Source: an uncultured Acidobacteriota bacterium (GTDB taxonomy: Bacteria; Acidobacteriota; Thermoanaerobaculia; Gp7-AA8). Taken from it: 64,000 nt of DNA. The notes below the pieces were generated by a model. The model was not told where the DNA came from, made no database searches, and saw only the letters and a program-made list of their open reading frames with translations. The stretch lies in the NCBI GenBank assembly GCA_963741955.1, contig CAVUKB010000005.1:512001-576000 (forward strand), read 5' to 3'. Every line of letters starts with the position of its first letter. Within the stretch, counting starts at the first letter, position 1. Both the position numbers and the translations under genes were made by a program. Below are positions 62,415-64,000 of the stretch, one piece after another.

Positions 62415-62432
62415 CCTGCGGAAGGAGATCAA

Positions 62433-63110
62433 ATGCAGATCGAGATCGTTCATGGTCCCGGGAACTCCGCCGCGAAGATACGACTCGGCGCGAATGAAAC
62501 CTGCGTCGCCGAGGGCGGCGCGATGATCGCGATGAGCGGCGACCTCACCATCCAGACCAATACTCAATCGAGAGGGGGCGGCGGGATCATGGCCGGCCTG
62601 AAACGGATGGTCGGCGGCGAGTCGTTTTTTCTCAACCATTTCACCGCCGGGGCGAACGGTGGTGAGCTCTTCCTCGCCACCACCCTTCCCGGCGACATGA
62701 TGCAGTACGAGATCAAAGGCGAGACGCTGATCGTTCAGGGCGGCTCCTTCGTCGCCTGTGATCCGGGCGTCTCGATCGATCTCGGATGGCAGGGATTCAA
62801 ATCCGTGCTCGCCGGGGAGCGCCTCTTCTGGCTCCGTCTGAACGGAACCGGAAAGGTCGTCGTCAACTCGTTCGGCGCCATCTATCCGATCGCAGTGGAT
62901 GGCGAGCACATCGTCGACACCGGACACATCGTCGCGTTCAACGAGACGCTCGGCTTCAACCTCGGAAAAGCGGGGAAGAGCTGGATCTCGTCCTTCCTCG
63001 GCGGCGAGGGTCTGGTCTGCAGATTCAAAGGGAAGGGAACCGTCTGGTGCCAGTCCCACAATCCAATCGGATTCGGGCGGACGCTCGGACCGATGCTCAA
63101 GCCGAGATAG
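62433..63110 (+). CDS. TIGR00266/AIM24 family protein (2)
   Basis: AEGGAMIAMS, GGESFFLNHF, IVDTGHIVAF and GGEGLVCRFKG.G.VW.QS. Confidence 0.88.
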   Translation: MQIEIVHGPGNSAAKIRLGANETCVAEGGAMIAMSGDLTIQTNTQSRGGGGIMAGLKRMVGGESFFLNHFTAGANGGELFLATTLPGDMMQYEIKGETLIVQGGSFVACDPGVSIDLGWQGFKSVLAGERLFWLRLNGTGKVVVNSFGAIYPIAVDGEHIVDTGHIVAFNETLGFNLGKAGKSWISSFLGGEGLVCRFKGKGTVWCQSHNPIGFGRTLGPMLKPR

Positions 63111-63121
63111 GAGGAGCGATC

Positions 63122-63814
63122 ATGAGTACGCCACAGCCCCAGACCGGCTTCTCTTACAACATCGACTGCAGGCCCGACTTCGCGTTTCTGACCGTTCGCG
63201 TTCCGGCCAATGAAACGCTGAAGGTCGAAGGCTCGGCCATGGCCGCCATGAGCACCAACATGAAGATGAAGACGAAGATGCGCGGAGGATTCTCGCGCCT
63301 ACTCACCGGCGAGTCGCTCTTCATCAACGAGTTCACCGCCGCCGGCGGACCGGGCGAGATTCAGATCGCCCCCGGCTCGCCGGGTGACATGGCCCACGTC
63401 GCCCTTCAGAACCAGACCATGTATCTCCAGAACTCCGCCTACGTCGCTTCGTCGATGGGGATCAACGTCGAATCGAAGTGGCAGGGGGTGATGAAAGGAT
63501 TCTTCTCCGGCGAGTCACTCTTCCTGATCCGCTGCTCCGGTTCGGGAGATCTCTGGTTCAATACGTATGGCGCAATGATCGAGATCGACGTCAACGGAAC
63601 ATACGTGGTCGACACCGGATACATCGTCGCATTCACTGAAGGACTCGACTATCAGGTGACGCGCGTCGGCGGATACAAGGCGCTCTTCTTTTCGGGTGAG
63701 GGACTGGTCTGCCGCTTCAGTGGACGGGGAAAACTCTGGATCCAGACCCGGCAGATTCCGTGGTTCGGCCACTGGATCTGGCCGTTCAGACCGGAGAAGA
63801 AGAGCAACGACTGA
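63122..63814 (+). CDS. TIGR00266/AIM24 family protein (3)
   Basis: VEGSAMAAM, TGESLFINEF, VVDTGYIVAF and SGEGLVCRFSG.G.LWIQTR. Confidence 0.88.
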   Translation: MSTPQPQTGFSYNIDCRPDFAFLTVRVPANETLKVEGSAMAAMSTNMKMKTKMRGGFSRLLTGESLFINEFTAAGGPGEIQIAPGSPGDMAHVALQNQTMYLQNSAYVASSMGINVESKWQGVMKGFFSGESLFLIRCSGSGDLWFNTYGAMIEIDVNGTYVVDTGYIVAFTEGLDYQVTRVGGYKALFFSGEGLVCRFSGRGKLWIQTRQIPWFGHWIWPFRPEKKSND

Positions 63815-63833
63815 AGATCTCGCCTCTGCAGCT

Positions 63834-63866
63834 GAGGGAGTGACACGCGACCTGCGTCACTCCCTC
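63834..63866. terminator. Hairpin downstream of the AIM24 operon
   Basis: GAGGGAGTGAC...GTCACTCCCTC between convergent genes. Confidence 0.55.
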
Positions 63867-63920
63867 CAAAGTGGACGCCGGCATGCGATGAGGTCGTAAA
63901 GCTCGAAGCTCGTACGACTC

Positions 63921-64000
63921 TCAGTCCACCTTGTCGAGTACCTTCAGGAATTTCTCGTACGGGAGCGCCTGCCATGTTTCCACCGTGGCGGCGCCTTCGG
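63921..64000 (-). CDS. 3' end of an unidentified CDS entering from the right edge
   Basis: ...EGAATVETWQALPYEKFLKVLDKVD* with stop at 63921-63923. Confidence 0.55.
   Translation of the reverse strand, partial: EGAATVETWQALPYEKFLKVLDKVD

Overview
High-GC bacterial chromosomal segment. The gene content and repeat style suggest an Acidobacteriota or Myxococcota-like organism, but that is inference only. It carries about 50 mostly housekeeping or accessory CDS: carbon metabolism (GH13, pfkA, acnA, tkt, glgP, a MalK-type ATPase), potassium uptake (a rearranged kdp locus and kup), envelope and proteolysis genes, and an M48 plus triple-AIM24 operon. I found no rRNA, tRNA, transposase, integrase or cas gene. 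Main observations: (1) Two genes have an in-frame TGA at a catalytic Cys position followed by a SECIS-like hairpin, so they are probable selenoproteins: a Cys-free BCP/PrxQ peroxiredoxin and a membrane-anchored CxU rhodanese. (2) Two related ~2.4-2.5 kb intergenic tandem arrays (11 and 12 units of ~190-246 bp) are built from GTGGG-headed, REP-like hairpin modules. (3) The kdp system has a split KdpD whose N-terminal half is fused to a PTS EIIA-like domain, gene order kdpF-A-C-B, and an extra 27-aa peptide ORF. (4) There are several dispersed palindromic elements, an 18-copy heptamer microsatellite, a 14-bp inverted-repeat-bounded segment, and a duplicated structured leader. All calls come from reading the sequence and recognising motifs; no searches were run.
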